A stretch of DNA of 64,000 bases from an uncultured Actinomycetes bacterium (GTDB lineage: Bacteria > Actinomycetota > Thermoleophilia > RBG-16-64-13), in the NCBI GenBank assembly GCA_963706025.1, contig CAVPLM010000003.1:96001-160000 (forward strand). The letters are read 5' to 3'. This document shows positions 1 to 9,723 of this stretch, in pieces. The notes beneath the pieces are model-generated. The model saw only the letters and a program-made list of their open reading frames with translations, was not told the origin of the DNA and made no database searches. The position numbers and the translations under genes were made by a program. Position 1 is the first letter of the stretch. Every line of letters starts with the position of its first letter.

Positions 1-423
1 CTGGCTGAAGCCCGGACCCTCTGTTTCGCCGCCCTCTGGCCGGAGTCCGGGAACGGCGACGGCCCCGGGGTGCGGATGAACCTGGTGCGGAACGGCCGAC
101 TTTGCGAGGCCGTGTCGCTCCGATCCGACGGGCTCGAACAGCAGCTGGGGGCGGCGCTCGCCGGCATGGTGGACCGGAGGACGACATTTCCCGAGTCGAG
201 CGCCGCCCCGCCCTTCGTGGCAGTGCCGCAGAAGGAACTCGACTCGTTGCTGGCGGTCCGGCGCTGGTTCCATGAGGGGAGGGCCGCGGTGAAAGTACCT
301 TTCCCCGCGGCCCCAGAGAACCACGCGCACCTGGAGCCCTTGAAGGCCGGCCTCGTAGCCGAGGCCCTCAGGCTCCTGTCATCGGAACCGGCGGCCCAGG
401 AGGCCGGACCGGCTGTCCACTAG
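1..423 (+). CDS. C-terminal part (5'-truncated by window edge) of a probable DEDD exonuclease/GIY-YIG (Rv2191-like) protein
   Basis: Frame open from base 1; LVRNGRL and ELDSLLAVRRWF resemble the C-terminal VRHGRL / E-L--RW motifs recalled for actinobacterial DEDD-UvrC-like proteins. Confidence 0.4.
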   Translation: MAEARTLCFAALWPESGNGDGPGVRMNLVRNGRLCEAVSLRSDGLEQQLGAALAGMVDRRTTFPESSAAPPFVAVPQKELDSLLAVRRWFHEGRAAVKVPFPAAPENHAHLEPLKAGLVAEALRLLSSEPAAQEAGPAVH

Positions 424-439
424 GTCGTAGTCTCGGACT

Positions 440-625
440 TCAGACCGCCGCGACCTCAGTCTTGGGAAGCTGGATATTATTGGCCCTCATCACCGCCGTA
501 AGAAGACTGCGATCGATCTTCCCCTTGTATATGGGAATGCCTTCCTTGACGCACAACTGGATCACGTCGCGAGTCCCCGTGCCCAGTTCCGCCGCCAGCT
601 CTTCGGGGGTGAAGTGGTTGGCCAT
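440..625 (-). CDS. Small (61 aa) HTH-like nucleic-acid-binding hypothetical protein
   Basis: ATG at 625 preceded by strong SD GGAAAGGAG; MANHFTPEELAAELG...GIPIYKGKIDRSLL has an excisionase/MerR-like HTH pattern. Confidence 0.75.
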   Translation of the reverse strand: MANHFTPEELAAELGTGTRDVIQLCVKEGIPIYKGKIDRSLLTAVMRANNIQLPKTEVAAV

Positions 626-664
626 GAGATCTCCTTTCCGAACTACTGAGTACCCAGGGCGAGA

Positions 665-700
665 ACAAACAAAAAAGCCCAGCAGCATCGACTGCCAGGC
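665..700 (-). terminator. Intrinsic terminator inside the 5' leader of the small HTH gene
   Basis: Minus strand GCCTGGCAG-TCGATG-CTGCTGGGC followed by TTTTTTGTTTGTT. Confidence 0.75.
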
Positions 701-785
701 CACTTACCTTACATAGACCACCGGCGCGGGTACTTGTCTGCGGTCACCCCCGAGCCTCTGTCTTAGTACCTTCCTCATCGTCACT

Positions 786-814
786 ATTGTATCCCTACCC
801 GCCGCCTGGGGCAA
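786..814 (-). promoter_or_regulatory. Housekeeping-sigma promoter TTGCCC-N17-TACAAT
   Basis: Minus-strand -35 at 814-809 and -10 at 791-786 with 17-nt spacer. Confidence 0.65.
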
Positions 815-855
815 ATGCGATCCTTCGGGCGGACGCCTTCACTTCTACGTCCACT

Positions 856-2091
856 CTAAGGTTCTTGCAGATCCTCTCGAAGCAGGAGAAACTCCACTTC
901 TTCCCCTGCGCGGACCCCCCGAGGACCTCCGGGAACGAAGGCCAAGCCGTTAGCTCCCACCATCGATCGCAGGATGCCCGACCCCTGAGCGCCGGTGGAG
1001 CTGACATGCCAGATGCTCCCTTCGCGCCAGGCCCGTACCCTCACCACGTACGTCCGTCCGTCGGAGTTCACAACGTCTTCTGCGATGATGGCACGATACG
1101 GCGGCCGGGTCGTCTTGCGATAGCCCATGAGACGCAGCAGCGCCGGGCGAACGAAGAGCTCGAAAGAGACCATGGCCGACACCGGGTTCCCCGGAAGGCC
1201 GAAGACCAATGTGCCGTCCCGGACGCCGAACGCTAAGGGCTTGCCCGGCTTCATTGCCACGCCCCACAGGCGGCGCTCGACCCCCAGTTCGTCTTGGACT
1301 TCCTTCACGAAGTCGAACTCTCCTACGGACACCCCCCCGGACGTGAGGAGGACATCGTACGTCAACCCCTGCTCGATGAGCTCCCGAGTCGCCGCGTAGT
1401 CATCGGGAACGATGCCCAATGCGGTCGCTTGGATCCCCAGTTGCAGGCACTGACCTCTCAGCGAATAGCTGTTGGAGTTGCGGATCTGTCCGGGACCCAG
1501 AGGTTGGTCCACCTCGACCAATTCGCTACCGGTGGAGATGATGGCCACTCTTGGGAGCCGATGGACTTGCACAGATGGCAGCCCCAGGCTGGCTATCAGG
1601 CCGATCTCAGCCGGTCCGAGGACACTGCCGGCCGCCAGCACCCGATCTCCCCGACCCACGTCTTCACCGGACCTGCGGATGTTCCTGCCCGGCCTGACAG
1701 ACTCCAAGACGAGGACGCGGCTGCCCTCTTCCCTGGTCGACTCGGATTGCACGACGGCGTCCGCGCCCACGGGCAGGGGTGCCCCGGTCATGATCTTTGC
1801 CGCTTCGCCAGGACCCAGGCGATGCTTCGCCATGTGGCCCGCGGGGATGGTCTCCGAGATGAGCAGGGCCGTCGGCGAATCCGCATTCGCATCGACTACG
1901 TCGGCGGCCCTCACCGCAAAGCCGTCCATGGCGGAGTTGTCAAAGGGGGGCACGCTGTGAGGCGCCACTATCTCCTCGCCCAGCACTGCCCCAAGCGCTT
2001 CCACCAACGAGCGCGTCTCCAGGGGGAGTGGAGCCGCTTCGGCCAGGACCCGAGTCCTCGCCTCTTCTATGCTCACCAACTTGCTGGGCAC
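856..2091 (-). CDS. moeA: Molybdopterin molybdenumtransferase (gephyrin-like Glp)
   Basis: PPFDNSAMDGFAV, IMTGAPLP, STGSEL, SGGVSVG, MKPGKP and LPGNPVS motifs; GTG at 2091 with SD GAAGGA. Confidence 0.95.
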   Translation of the reverse strand: MPSKLVSIEEARTRVLAEAAPLPLETRSLVEALGAVLGEEIVAPHSVPPFDNSAMDGFAVRAADVVDANADSPTALLISETIPAGHMAKHRLGPGEAAKIMTGAPLPVGADAVVQSESTREEGSRVLVLESVRPGRNIRRSGEDVGRGDRVLAAGSVLGPAEIGLIASLGLPSVQVHRLPRVAIISTGSELVEVDQPLGPGQIRNSNSYSLRGQCLQLGIQATALGIVPDDYAATRELIEQGLTYDVLLTSGGVSVGEFDFVKEVQDELGVERRLWGVAMKPGKPLAFGVRDGTLVFGLPGNPVSAMVSFELFVRPALLRLMGYRKTTRPPYRAIIAEDVVNSDGRTYVVRVRAWREGSIWHVSSTGAQGSGILRSMVGANGLAFVPGGPRGVRAGEEVEFLLLREDLQEP

Positions 2092-2149
2092 GAGCCGATC
2101 CTTCAATGGGTCACGCGGTCTCGATCTTGCACGCTTTGCACTCTCAGTG

Positions 2150-2177
2150 TAAACCGTTGTGGGCTCACGGCCGATAA
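2150..2177 (+). promoter_or_regulatory. Sigma-28 (FliA/SigD/WhiG-type) promoter TAAA-N16-GCCGATAA
   Basis: TAAA at 2150-2153 and GCCGATAA at 2170-2177 match the consensus exactly. Confidence 0.75.
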
Positions 2178-2187
2178 GAAGAATAGC

Positions 2188-2424
2188 ATGAGCGCAAGAA
2201 GCAAAGAGCCCAAACCCGTGATCGACGTGAAAGCAACCGCCACAGAGCGCACCCATCTCCCGGTAACCGACCCGGTGGTGTGCCGGCCCGCTCCGTCGAG
2301 AGCCGCTCACGTGCGTGCGATCCACGATATGGTCCGGGCCAACGACTATGTCGTGCCCGCTGGGCTCGTTGCTGAGCGGATGCTGGAGCAGGCCGCACCC
2401 GGGAAGCGCGACCCCGAAGACTAG
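2188..2424 (+). CDS. flgM: FlgM-like anti-sigma-28 factor (78 aa)
   Basis: RAAHVRAIHDMVRANDYVVPAGLVAERML matches the FlgM C-terminal pattern R--KV--IK--I--G-Y-V----IA-KML; directly downstream of a sigma-28 promoter. Confidence 0.6.
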   Translation: MSARSKEPKPVIDVKATATERTHLPVTDPVVCRPAPSRAAHVRAIHDMVRANDYVVPAGLVAERMLEQAAPGKRDPED

Positions 2425-2523
2425 GGAACGCAAGACCGGACTGCCGGCCGCCCGTTACCCCTGCGCTTCGCCGGCCTGAATCTGGAACCTCACTTGCGAC
2501 AATATCCGTCCTAAGGCATCTAT

Positions 2524-2552
2524 TTGCCTCCTCGCTCCGGTGGGCATAGAAT
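2524..2552 (+). promoter_or_regulatory. Housekeeping-sigma promoter TTGCCT-N17-TAGAAT
   Basis: Consensus-like hexamers with 17-nt spacer, 30 nt before the ATG at 2583. Confidence 0.6.
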
Positions 2553-2582
2553 TCAGGGTCCGCAAGCGAACGGGGGACAGAT

Positions 2583-4421
2583 ATGCCTCTCACGATACGC
2601 CGGCGTTTGGTCGACCGCGTACGACAGCGGAGGAAGATCGCCTACGTTGTGTGCGCCGGACTGGTGGTCCTAGCCGGCGCCGTCGTGTTCCTGTCCGTCT
2701 CCTCACCCGCCGCCAGCGTCGAGCTGGCTACCGGTTCTACTTTCTTCGACCCCGGCCGGACCCTGCGCGTGGCCGAAGAGATGTTGATCTATCCGCAGCG
2801 CACCATCGGCTCTGAAGATGCGGCCGGTGCCACGTCGTGGCTGGCGGACAAGCTCACCAACACCCTGGGCATACCCAACGAGATAGACACTTTCACCACG
2901 ACCTTGGGGGACGAGGAGGTCACACTGCGTAATGTGACCGTCGTCCTCCAGGGCGCCAGCAAAGAGACGATCGTCGTGACGGCGCCGCGAGACGTTCCCA
3001 CGATCGTGAAGGTAGATCCCCTGGCCTACACCAGCGCCACGGCCATTCTTGTAGACCTCGCGCAGGTCTTCGCCGCCCGCCCCCACCAAAAGACCCTCGT
3101 CTTCCTGTCCACGGAGGATGGCAACAGCGGGGGGTTAGGCATTAGCCGGTTCCTGGACACCTACGAGGGGAGTGAAGACGTCAGCACCATCCTCTCCATC
3201 CAGGGATTGGGGAAGGAGAGGACGCGCTCGTTGCAGGCGGGCGTGACGGCACCGCAGAACACGACCCCGGGGTGGTATGTGCAACTGACGAGCCGGATCC
3301 TCGAGAAAGCCGGCCTCGGCCTCCAGGTGCCGGGAATGCTGAGTCAGGCCGCCGACCAGGCTCTTGCCTTGTCCCGTGGAGACCAGGTGGCGGGCCTGAG
3401 CCGGGGCATCGCCTCTCTGATGATCTATGACGAGACCCCCGGAAGCCCCACCGCCGCCGGCCTTTACACACACGGAGGGGCCGTCGAAAGCCTGATCCTC
3501 TCTCTGGACGCCGGCACTGAGGCACCGCCGGACCCCGGCACCGCTCTGCTTCTTCAGTCCGGCCGCTACCTTACGAATCAGGCCATCGCCCTGCTTGCCA
3601 TTCTCATGCTCTTGCCCACTATCGCCGCACTGCTCATCTGGCTGTTCACTTCCCGCGTCACCGGCCGGGCCGCTCTACGACACCTGCGCAACCTACTCTC
3701 GTTCGCGCTCCCTCTGGGGTTCATGTTCCTGCTGAGCTACCTACTGGCCGCAGTTGGTCTCATACCCCGCTACAGTCTCCAGGTGCCCACGATCACCGGA
3801 CCGGCCACGCAGCCCCGTCTTGCCCCCACCCTCATCCTCATCCTGCTGGGACTCGCCGCCTTCGTATTGTCGCGGCATTTCCTGGGCTACCTCCGCCCCC
3901 GAGAGGAGAGGGCGGCTACGGAGATGGCCCGACTTTCGACCGGCTTCTTCAGTCTCTTCATAGGCTTGGCGCTGATGCTGTCCCGCTCCCCTTTCCTGCT
4001 GCTGCCCTGTATCGCCGCAGCTTGGGCTTGGCCGCTTGCCACCTGCTTCGCCGAACCCGTCTACACCGGGGCGCTGTGGCGGCATCGTCTCACTTCGAAC
4101 GCTCCGCTGCTGCTCTTGGGCCTACTGGCCCCCATCCTCCTCTATGTCTACGTGGCCACGGCCGGCGGGGTGGGGTGGTGGGGAACCTGGTGGTTCCTAC
4201 TGGTTCAGACGGTCTCCGGCGCCTACGGAGTGACCGGGCCGGTGGCGATGGTCTTCATCACCTCCGCCTTCCTGGTCTTGCTCGGGGTCAAGCGGATGCG
4301 GGTGGTCCCGATCGAGACGTTAGAGGTCACGGACGAACTGAGCCTGCTCGAGCTTCCGGTGCCGCGGGAGCGACGCCGGTCGCGCGCGCCGTCGCGCCCG
4401 CCCCTGTCCCCCTGGAGTTGA
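2583..4421 (+). CDS. Membrane protein with degenerate M28 peptidase-like (Gaa1-like) extracytoplasmic domain and multi-TM C-terminus
   Basis: N-terminal TM; NVTVVLQG-ETIVVTAPRD...SATAILVDLAQVF...KTLVFLSTED follows the M28 fold; about 7 C-terminal hydrophobic segments. Confidence 0.7.
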   Translation: MPLTIRRRLVDRVRQRRKIAYVVCAGLVVLAGAVVFLSVSSPAASVELATGSTFFDPGRTLRVAEEMLIYPQRTIGSEDAAGATSWLADKLTNTLGIPNEIDTFTTTLGDEEVTLRNVTVVLQGASKETIVVTAPRDVPTIVKVDPLAYTSATAILVDLAQVFAARPHQKTLVFLSTEDGNSGGLGISRFLDTYEGSEDVSTILSIQGLGKERTRSLQAGVTAPQNTTPGWYVQLTSRILEKAGLGLQVPGMLSQAADQALALSRGDQVAGLSRGIASLMIYDETPGSPTAAGLYTHGGAVESLILSLDAGTEAPPDPGTALLLQSGRYLTNQAIALLAILMLLPTIAALLIWLFTSRVTGRAALRHLRNLLSFALPLGFMFLLSYLLAAVGLIPRYSLQVPTITGPATQPRLAPTLILILLGLAAFVLSRHFLGYLRPREERAATEMARLSTGFFSLFIGLALMLSRSPFLLLPCIAAAWAWPLATCFAEPVYTGALWRHRLTSNAPLLLLGLLAPILLYVYVATAGGVGWWGTWWFLLVQTVSGAYGVTGPVAMVFITSAFLVLLGVKRMRVVPIETLEVTDELSLLELPVPRERRRSRAPSRPPLSPWS

Positions 4422-4467
4422 GGCTTGGCCCGCGGACCGCGGCGGGTGGAGCGACAACTTCCACGTC

Positions 4468-5401
4468 TCAGAGGTATCTCCTCCGCCAGAAGACCACGGC
4501 GAACGCCAGCGACACGACCAGCCAGATGACTATCGTCAGGGTGAAAGCGTGCGCGTACTTCTGGAACGGAAGAGCCACGTTCATGCCCCACATCGAGGCA
4601 ACGATGGTGGGGATCGACAAAAGAATGGTCACCGAGGTGAGGAACTTCAGCACGCCGTTGAGATTGTTCGAGATCACAGAGGTGAACGCGCCCATCATCG
4701 CCGATAAGCGTGTCGGCGTAGATCTTCGCCATCTCCGAAGCCTGCTTGTTCTCGACGATGACGTCTTCGAGCAGGTCCTCGTCCTCCTCGTACATCTTGA
4801 TGCTCTTCGTCCGCAACAGCTTCTGAAGAACCGCTTCGTTGGAGTGTAGTGACGTTGTGAAGTACACCAGGGACTTCTGCAGTCCGAGCAGGTCGAAGAT
4901 CTCCGCGTTCTTCATGGACGCCCGCAGCTCGCGCTCCAACTTCTCCGTCTCCCGGTCGATGCGGCCCAGGTAGCGGAGGTAGAAGGCCGTTATCTGCTGG
5001 AGGATCTGGAAGAGGAAGCGGGTCTTCTTGAAAGTCGCGAAACCTCGGATGGTGTCGCGCTCGAATTCGCCCAGGATCGGGTTAGGCCTTAGGCAGGTGG
5101 TGATGAAATAGTCGGGATGGACCAGCATGCCCAGCGGGATGGTGTGATATCCCTGCTCTTCGTCGCTGCGCACCAGGACCGGTATGTCCACGATGACGTG
5201 AGTCAACCCATCCTCGATGTCTACCCGAGATTTCTCCTCCTCGTCCAAAGGGCTCTTGAGCAGATCGGACGGGATGCAGAGTTCCCGGCTGACCCGTTCC
5301 AATTCCTCCTCGGTGGGACTCACCAGATCGATCCAGGAGCCGGGTTCGAACTCCTCTAGTCGCTCCAGACCAGTAGAGGTCGTTTTGAGAATGGCAAGCA
5401 T
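4468..5401 (-). CDS. corA: CorA-family Mg2+ transporter (frameshift near 4700)
   Basis: WIDLVSPTEEE, YLRYL, ISNNLN, KFLTSVTI and GMN signature split over two frames by one extra base. Confidence 0.9.
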
Positions 5402-5553
5402 GACTCACCCCCTTCACCGTACAGGCGGACGCACCGCGTTTCATCCTTATTGCTTCCCTCGCGTGATTAGGACTACCTGCATCCTGGGCCAGAGACGGCC
5501 CATACTCCGTGCATTCTCTCACGGACCGTCTGCTCGCGCTATCATTCTGACCC

Positions 5554-8500
5554 ATGACCACCTCAGCCGATTCAGTCGAGCGCCACCTCCGCTCGATAAT
5601 CCGCGGTGACATCGAGTTCGACCCGATCAGCCGATACCTCTACGCGACTGACGCCGGTCTCAATCAGGTCGAGCCTCTGGGGGTGGTCTCGCCACGCGAT
5701 GCCGCAGATGTAACCCGGTTGGTCGCCTTCGCGGCCGAGCAGGGTCTCTCCCTTGTCCCTCGCGGAATGGGTTCCGGGCTGGCCGGCGGTGCCGTGGGGG
5801 CAGGTATCCAGGTGGACTTCACCCGTTACATGAACTCCATCCTCGAGGTGGCTCCCGACGGCTCCTGGGCCCGAGTACAGCCGGGAGTGGTGATGGCCTC
5901 CCTGAACCAGCATCTGAAGACACTCGGGACCTTCTTCGCCCCCGACCCCTCGAGCGAGAACTACTGCAGCCTCGGTGGCATGATCGGGACCAACTCCTCC
6001 GGAGCCCGCACGGTGGCCTACGGGGGCACCAAGGACCACGTGCTGGCGCTGGAGGTGGTCTTGGCGGACGGCTCCGAGTTCTCCGCGCGCCCGTACCCAG
6101 AGGACAGCCCTCATCTCGCCGCGCTGCTGGCGTCGAAGACGGCCGGGGGCCGGGCCTTCGCCGCCGTCCTCCCTGAGCTCCGAGCCAAGTGGGACACCAT
6201 CCTCGCCGGCATGCCTCGGGTGGTCAAGAACTGTTCTGGATATCGAGTGGAGACCCTCCTCGGCGAGGCGCACCCGGACTCTCCCGCCGTCTTTCACCTG
6301 CAAAAGACGTTCGTGGGGGCAGAGGGCACTTTGGGCCTGGTCACCGAGGCCACCCTGAACCTGGTACCCCTCCCCAGCGAACGGGGTATCGCCATGGCTT
6401 ACTTCCCTTCGGTGTTCGCCTCCGGGGAAGCCGTGCCCGAGATCCTGGCCCTCTCGCCCACCGCCGTGGAGATCATGGACTCCCGCTTCCTCGCGCTCGT
6501 GCGCAGGCACGATTCCCGGGTCGATGTCATGCTTCCCGATCGCACCGACACAGCCCTCCTGATCGAGTTCGAGGGCCGGGACTCGGAGGAGTTGGATGAG
6601 AAGTTCGCGAGCCTTCGCCGGCATCTGGACACTACCACCGCTCTGAAGGTAGTGCGCGCTGCGAACGCCGGAGAGGCCGATCGCCTGTGGACGGTGCGCA
6701 AGTCGGCGGTCGCCCTGGCTCTGCGCATGCCCGGACCGCGCCGGGCACTGCCCTTCATCGAGGACGTCACCGTGCACCCGACCGAGGTGCCCGGCTACGT
6801 CGACTTCCTGCAACGGCTGTTCGACCGCGAGGGCGTGGAGGCGGTCATGTACGGCCACGTGGGCGACGGCAACATCCACACCCGGCCGCTGCTCGACCCG
6901 AAAGATCCGAGCGACCTCCAGACCATGCAGCGCCTCTACGACGAGGTGTCCGCGTACGTCCTCAGCATCCGGGGCACGATGTCCGGCGAGCATGGGGACG
7001 GGTTGCTCCGGACCCCCTACATCCGGCAGATGTACGGGGACGAGATCTACGGGTTCTTCGCTCATATCAAAGACGCGTTCGATCCCCAGGGTGTGATGAA
7101 CCCGGGAAAGAAGATCGCGCCCCAGGAAGCAAGTGGCAGCCTGCTCCGGGATCTGCGGTACGGCGCCGGCTATCGGACGGTGCCGCAGAAACCTATCCTG
7201 CACTTTCCGAGCAGCGAGTACGAACGCGAGATCGAGAAGTGTCACGGCTGTGGACAGTGCAAGAGCCTGGTCGCGACCACCATGTGCCCCACCTACAAGG
7301 CCACCCGGCGCGAGCACGCCTCTCCCCGGGCGAAGGCCAATCTGCTGAGGAGCATCATCACCGGCGCTCTCGACCCGAAGAGCGCCTACGGTCTGGCCGC
7401 GGCCAAAGCGGTCACCGACTACTGCATCGTGTGCGGCATGTGCGCGGTGGAGTGTCCCTCCAACGTCAACATCCCCAAGCTCATGCTGGAGGCCAAGAGC
7501 AAGTACCGGGCCGTGCACCGCGGTGGCCCGGTCGACATGATCTTCAGCCACGCTGAGACGATGTCGTGGCTCGGCCATGCGGCGGCGCCCCTCGCCAACC
7601 GCGTGATCAACCGCCCCGCATTGCGGCGCCTCGCAGAACCGCTGATGGGGATCGACCGGCGGCGACCCATGGCGCCGTTCGCCCCGACGGCATTCACCCA
7701 GACGCTGGGGGCGGGATGCGACAGCGCGGGCTGCGCTGCCGCCGTGACGCGATCCGCCTCGCTGAGCCGCGCCGAGGCGGCGGAAGCGGAAGCGCTATCC
7801 ACCAAAGCCACCGTGGCCTATTTCTACGATCTATTCGCCGAATACAACGAACCCGAGCTGGCCCAGGCCGTGATGCGGGTCCTTGCCGCCCACGGCATCC
7901 GGGTGCTCCTGCCCGAACAGCGCGCGAGCGGCATCCCGGAGATGCTCTACGGCTATGCCCACCGGGCGCGTAGGGCGGCGGACTTCAACGTTCGCGCCTT
8001 CCTACCCCTGGTGAACTCGGGCGCGGTGCTCGTCAGCGCCGAGCCGACGGCCACCTTCGCCTTCAAGGTGCACTATCCCGACTATCTGAGTGACGCCGCT
8101 TGCTCTCTGGTGGCCAACGCCACCTGCGATCTGGGCGATTTCTTGGTGCGGTACCGGGCGGATCACCCCGAGGCCGCCCCGGCCGCCGGGCCCCTGCGGG
8201 GCGGCGCGCCGAGGGCGCCGGTGAAGACTGGGGCGCGTCCGTCGGACCCCTTGGGCGCGGGCCTCCGCATCGCCTATCACCAGCCCTGCCATCTGAAGGC
8301 CCAGCAGATCGGCAACCCCGGGGTGGAACTCCTACGCGAGATCCCCGGCGTGGAGGTAATCGATCTGGCGGCGGGTTGCTGCGGCATGGCCGGCACTTTC
8401 GGCATGAAGGCCGGCACCTACGATCTCTCCATGCTCACCGGCAGACCGCTGTTCGACCGGGTCGCGGAGGCGGCTCCCGATCTCGTCGCCAGCGAGTGCA

Positions 8501-8586
8501 GCACCTGCCGCATGCAGATCACTCAGGGCACCGGGCTCGAGACCATCCACCCGATCCGTTTGCTGGCCGAGGCCTACGGCGCGTGA
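5554..8586 (+). CDS. FAD-linked oxidase fused to Fe-S/CCG domains (GlcD/GlcF-type, lactate/glycolate dehydrogenase-like)
   Basis: PRGMGSGLAG, GAEGTLG, GHVGDGNIH, SGEHGDG, CxxCxxC clusters and CCGMAGTFG. Confidence 0.9.
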   Translation: MTTSADSVERHLRSIIRGDIEFDPISRYLYATDAGLNQVEPLGVVSPRDAADVTRLVAFAAEQGLSLVPRGMGSGLAGGAVGAGIQVDFTRYMNSILEVAPDGSWARVQPGVVMASLNQHLKTLGTFFAPDPSSENYCSLGGMIGTNSSGARTVAYGGTKDHVLALEVVLADGSEFSARPYPEDSPHLAALLASKTAGGRAFAAVLPELRAKWDTILAGMPRVVKNCSGYRVETLLGEAHPDSPAVFHLQKTFVGAEGTLGLVTEATLNLVPLPSERGIAMAYFPSVFASGEAVPEILALSPTAVEIMDSRFLALVRRHDSRVDVMLPDRTDTALLIEFEGRDSEELDEKFASLRRHLDTTTALKVVRAANAGEADRLWTVRKSAVALALRMPGPRRALPFIEDVTVHPTEVPGYVDFLQRLFDREGVEAVMYGHVGDGNIHTRPLLDPKDPSDLQTMQRLYDEVSAYVLSIRGTMSGEHGDGLLRTPYIRQMYGDEIYGFFAHIKDAFDPQGVMNPGKKIAPQEASGSLLRDLRYGAGYRTVPQKPILHFPSSEYEREIEKCHGCGQCKSLVATTMCPTYKATRREHASPRAKANLLRSIITGALDPKSAYGLAAAKAVTDYCIVCGMCAVECPSNVNIPKLMLEAKSKYRAVHRGGPVDMIFSHAETMSWLGHAAAPLANRVINRPALRRLAEPLMGIDRRRPMAPFAPTAFTQTLGAGCDSAGCAAAVTRSASLSRAEAAEAEALSTKATVAYFYDLFAEYNEPELAQAVMRVLAAHGIRVLLPEQRASGIPEMLYGYAHRARRAADFNVRAFLPLVNSGAVLVSAEPTATFAFKVHYPDYLSDAACSLVANATCDLGDFLVRYRADHPEAAPAAGPLRGGAPRAPVKTGARPSDPLGAGLRIAYHQPCHLKAQQIGNPGVELLREIPGVEVIDLAAGCCGMAGTFGMKAGTYDLSMLTGRPLFDRVAEAAPDLVASECSTCRMQITQGTGLETIHPIRLLAEAYGA

Positions 8587-8614
8587 GTCGGCGTGGGGCG
8601 CGTGAGTATGCCGC

Positions 8615-9433
8615 CTAGGCCCCAGCCGGCAGCTTGTCCCGGGGCGGCTTGATCCGGCGGGTCCTGTCCCGCCGGATCAAGACATATGCCAATGCGGGAG
8701 CCAGCACGACGACCACCAGAGCGATGACCTGGGCCTCTCGCAGTCCCCAAAAGACAGGGTCGTTGACCCTGTAGAACGAGATGAAGAAGCGTCCCAGGGA
8801 GTAGAGCCAGAAGTACAGCAGGATGGCGAGACCGTCGGTCTTCAGGCGGGGCATGGCATAGAGCAGGATTCCCACGATCACCAGCAACCAAATTTGTTCG
8901 TACACCGGCGTGGGATGGGTCGGCACCCCTAGCAGGTCATCGGGAATGAAGGAGGCGGGGTTGACATAGACGAAACCCCAGGGAAGATCGGTGGGATAGC
9001 CCCAGGTGTCTCCGTTGATGATGTTGGCGAACTTGCCGATGATCTGCCCCACGGGGAAGGCCAGAGCCGTGCAATCCATCACCCGGAGGACCGGCAATCT
9101 CTTCCACCGGCAGTAGACGATGAGACCGGCCAGCCCGCCGAGAACCACGCCATAGATCGCCAAGCCCACCAGCTGAAGCCCGACGATCTCCCCGGGGTTC
9201 TGCCAGTAGTAGCCCAGGTGATCGAAGATATGGACCACCCGTGCTCCGATCACTCCGCAAGGCACCGCGATGACCGCGATACCCAGCGCGTGCTGGCGGG
9301 AGATGCCGTGCCGCCCCAGTTGCCAGGAGAAGATCACGGTACCGACGACGACCGCGACGACCATGATCAGCCCGTACCACCGGTATTCCAGAGGTCCAAG
9401 CGTTCCGATGATCGGGTTGATGTCTATGGTCAC
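8615..9433 (-). CDS. lgt: Prolipoprotein diacylglyceryl transferase
   Basis: RWYGL, IGAR, GLAIYG, GKFANIINGD, HPTPVYE and LGRFF motifs. Confidence 0.92.
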   Translation of the reverse strand: MTIDINPIIGTLGPLEYRWYGLIMVVAVVVGTVIFSWQLGRHGISRQHALGIAVIAVPCGVIGARVVHIFDHLGYYWQNPGEIVGLQLVGLAIYGVVLGGLAGLIVYCRWKRLPVLRVMDCTALAFPVGQIIGKFANIINGDTWGYPTDLPWGFVYVNPASFIPDDLLGVPTHPTPVYEQIWLLVIVGILLYAMPRLKTDGLAILLYFWLYSLGRFFISFYRVNDPVFWGLREAQVIALVVVVLAPALAYVLIRRDRTRRIKPPRDKLPAGA

Positions 9434-9473
9434 GAACTCAGTCCCCTCGCCGGCCGGGCCGCGCGACTATCGG

Positions 9474-9659
9474 TTACTTGTCACAGAAAAGCGTACCGGC
9501 TTTGGCCCAGTTCTCGCGCGCGTGGTCCTCGATGATCACGTCTACCTGGTCAACGGGAGCGCCCGTCACACGGGTGACCACTTCTGTGATCTCCTGGGCA
9601 AGTTGACGCTTCTGCTCCGTGGTCCTGCCGGTGAGCATCTTCACGATCACCAGGGGCAT
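9474..9659 (-). CDS. 4-oxalocrotonate tautomerase family protein
   Basis: Pro-1 after Met, GRTTEQKRQL...ENWAKAG; SD GAGGAGG. Confidence 0.93.
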   Translation of the reverse strand: MPLVIVKMLTGRTTEQKRQLAQEITEVVTRVTGAPVDQVDVIIEDHARENWAKAGTLFCDK

Positions 9660-9723
9660 GCTCCCCTCCTCGCTTTGTTGGTTCCGGAACCGGAGCTCTG
9701 CGCCGGCTCTCTCCGCTGACACC

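Noticed and set aside
5402-5553. Possible M-box riboswitch upstream of corA
   Set aside because: Space is short and shared with a divergent promoter; a hairpin is present but no ykoK consensus was recognised
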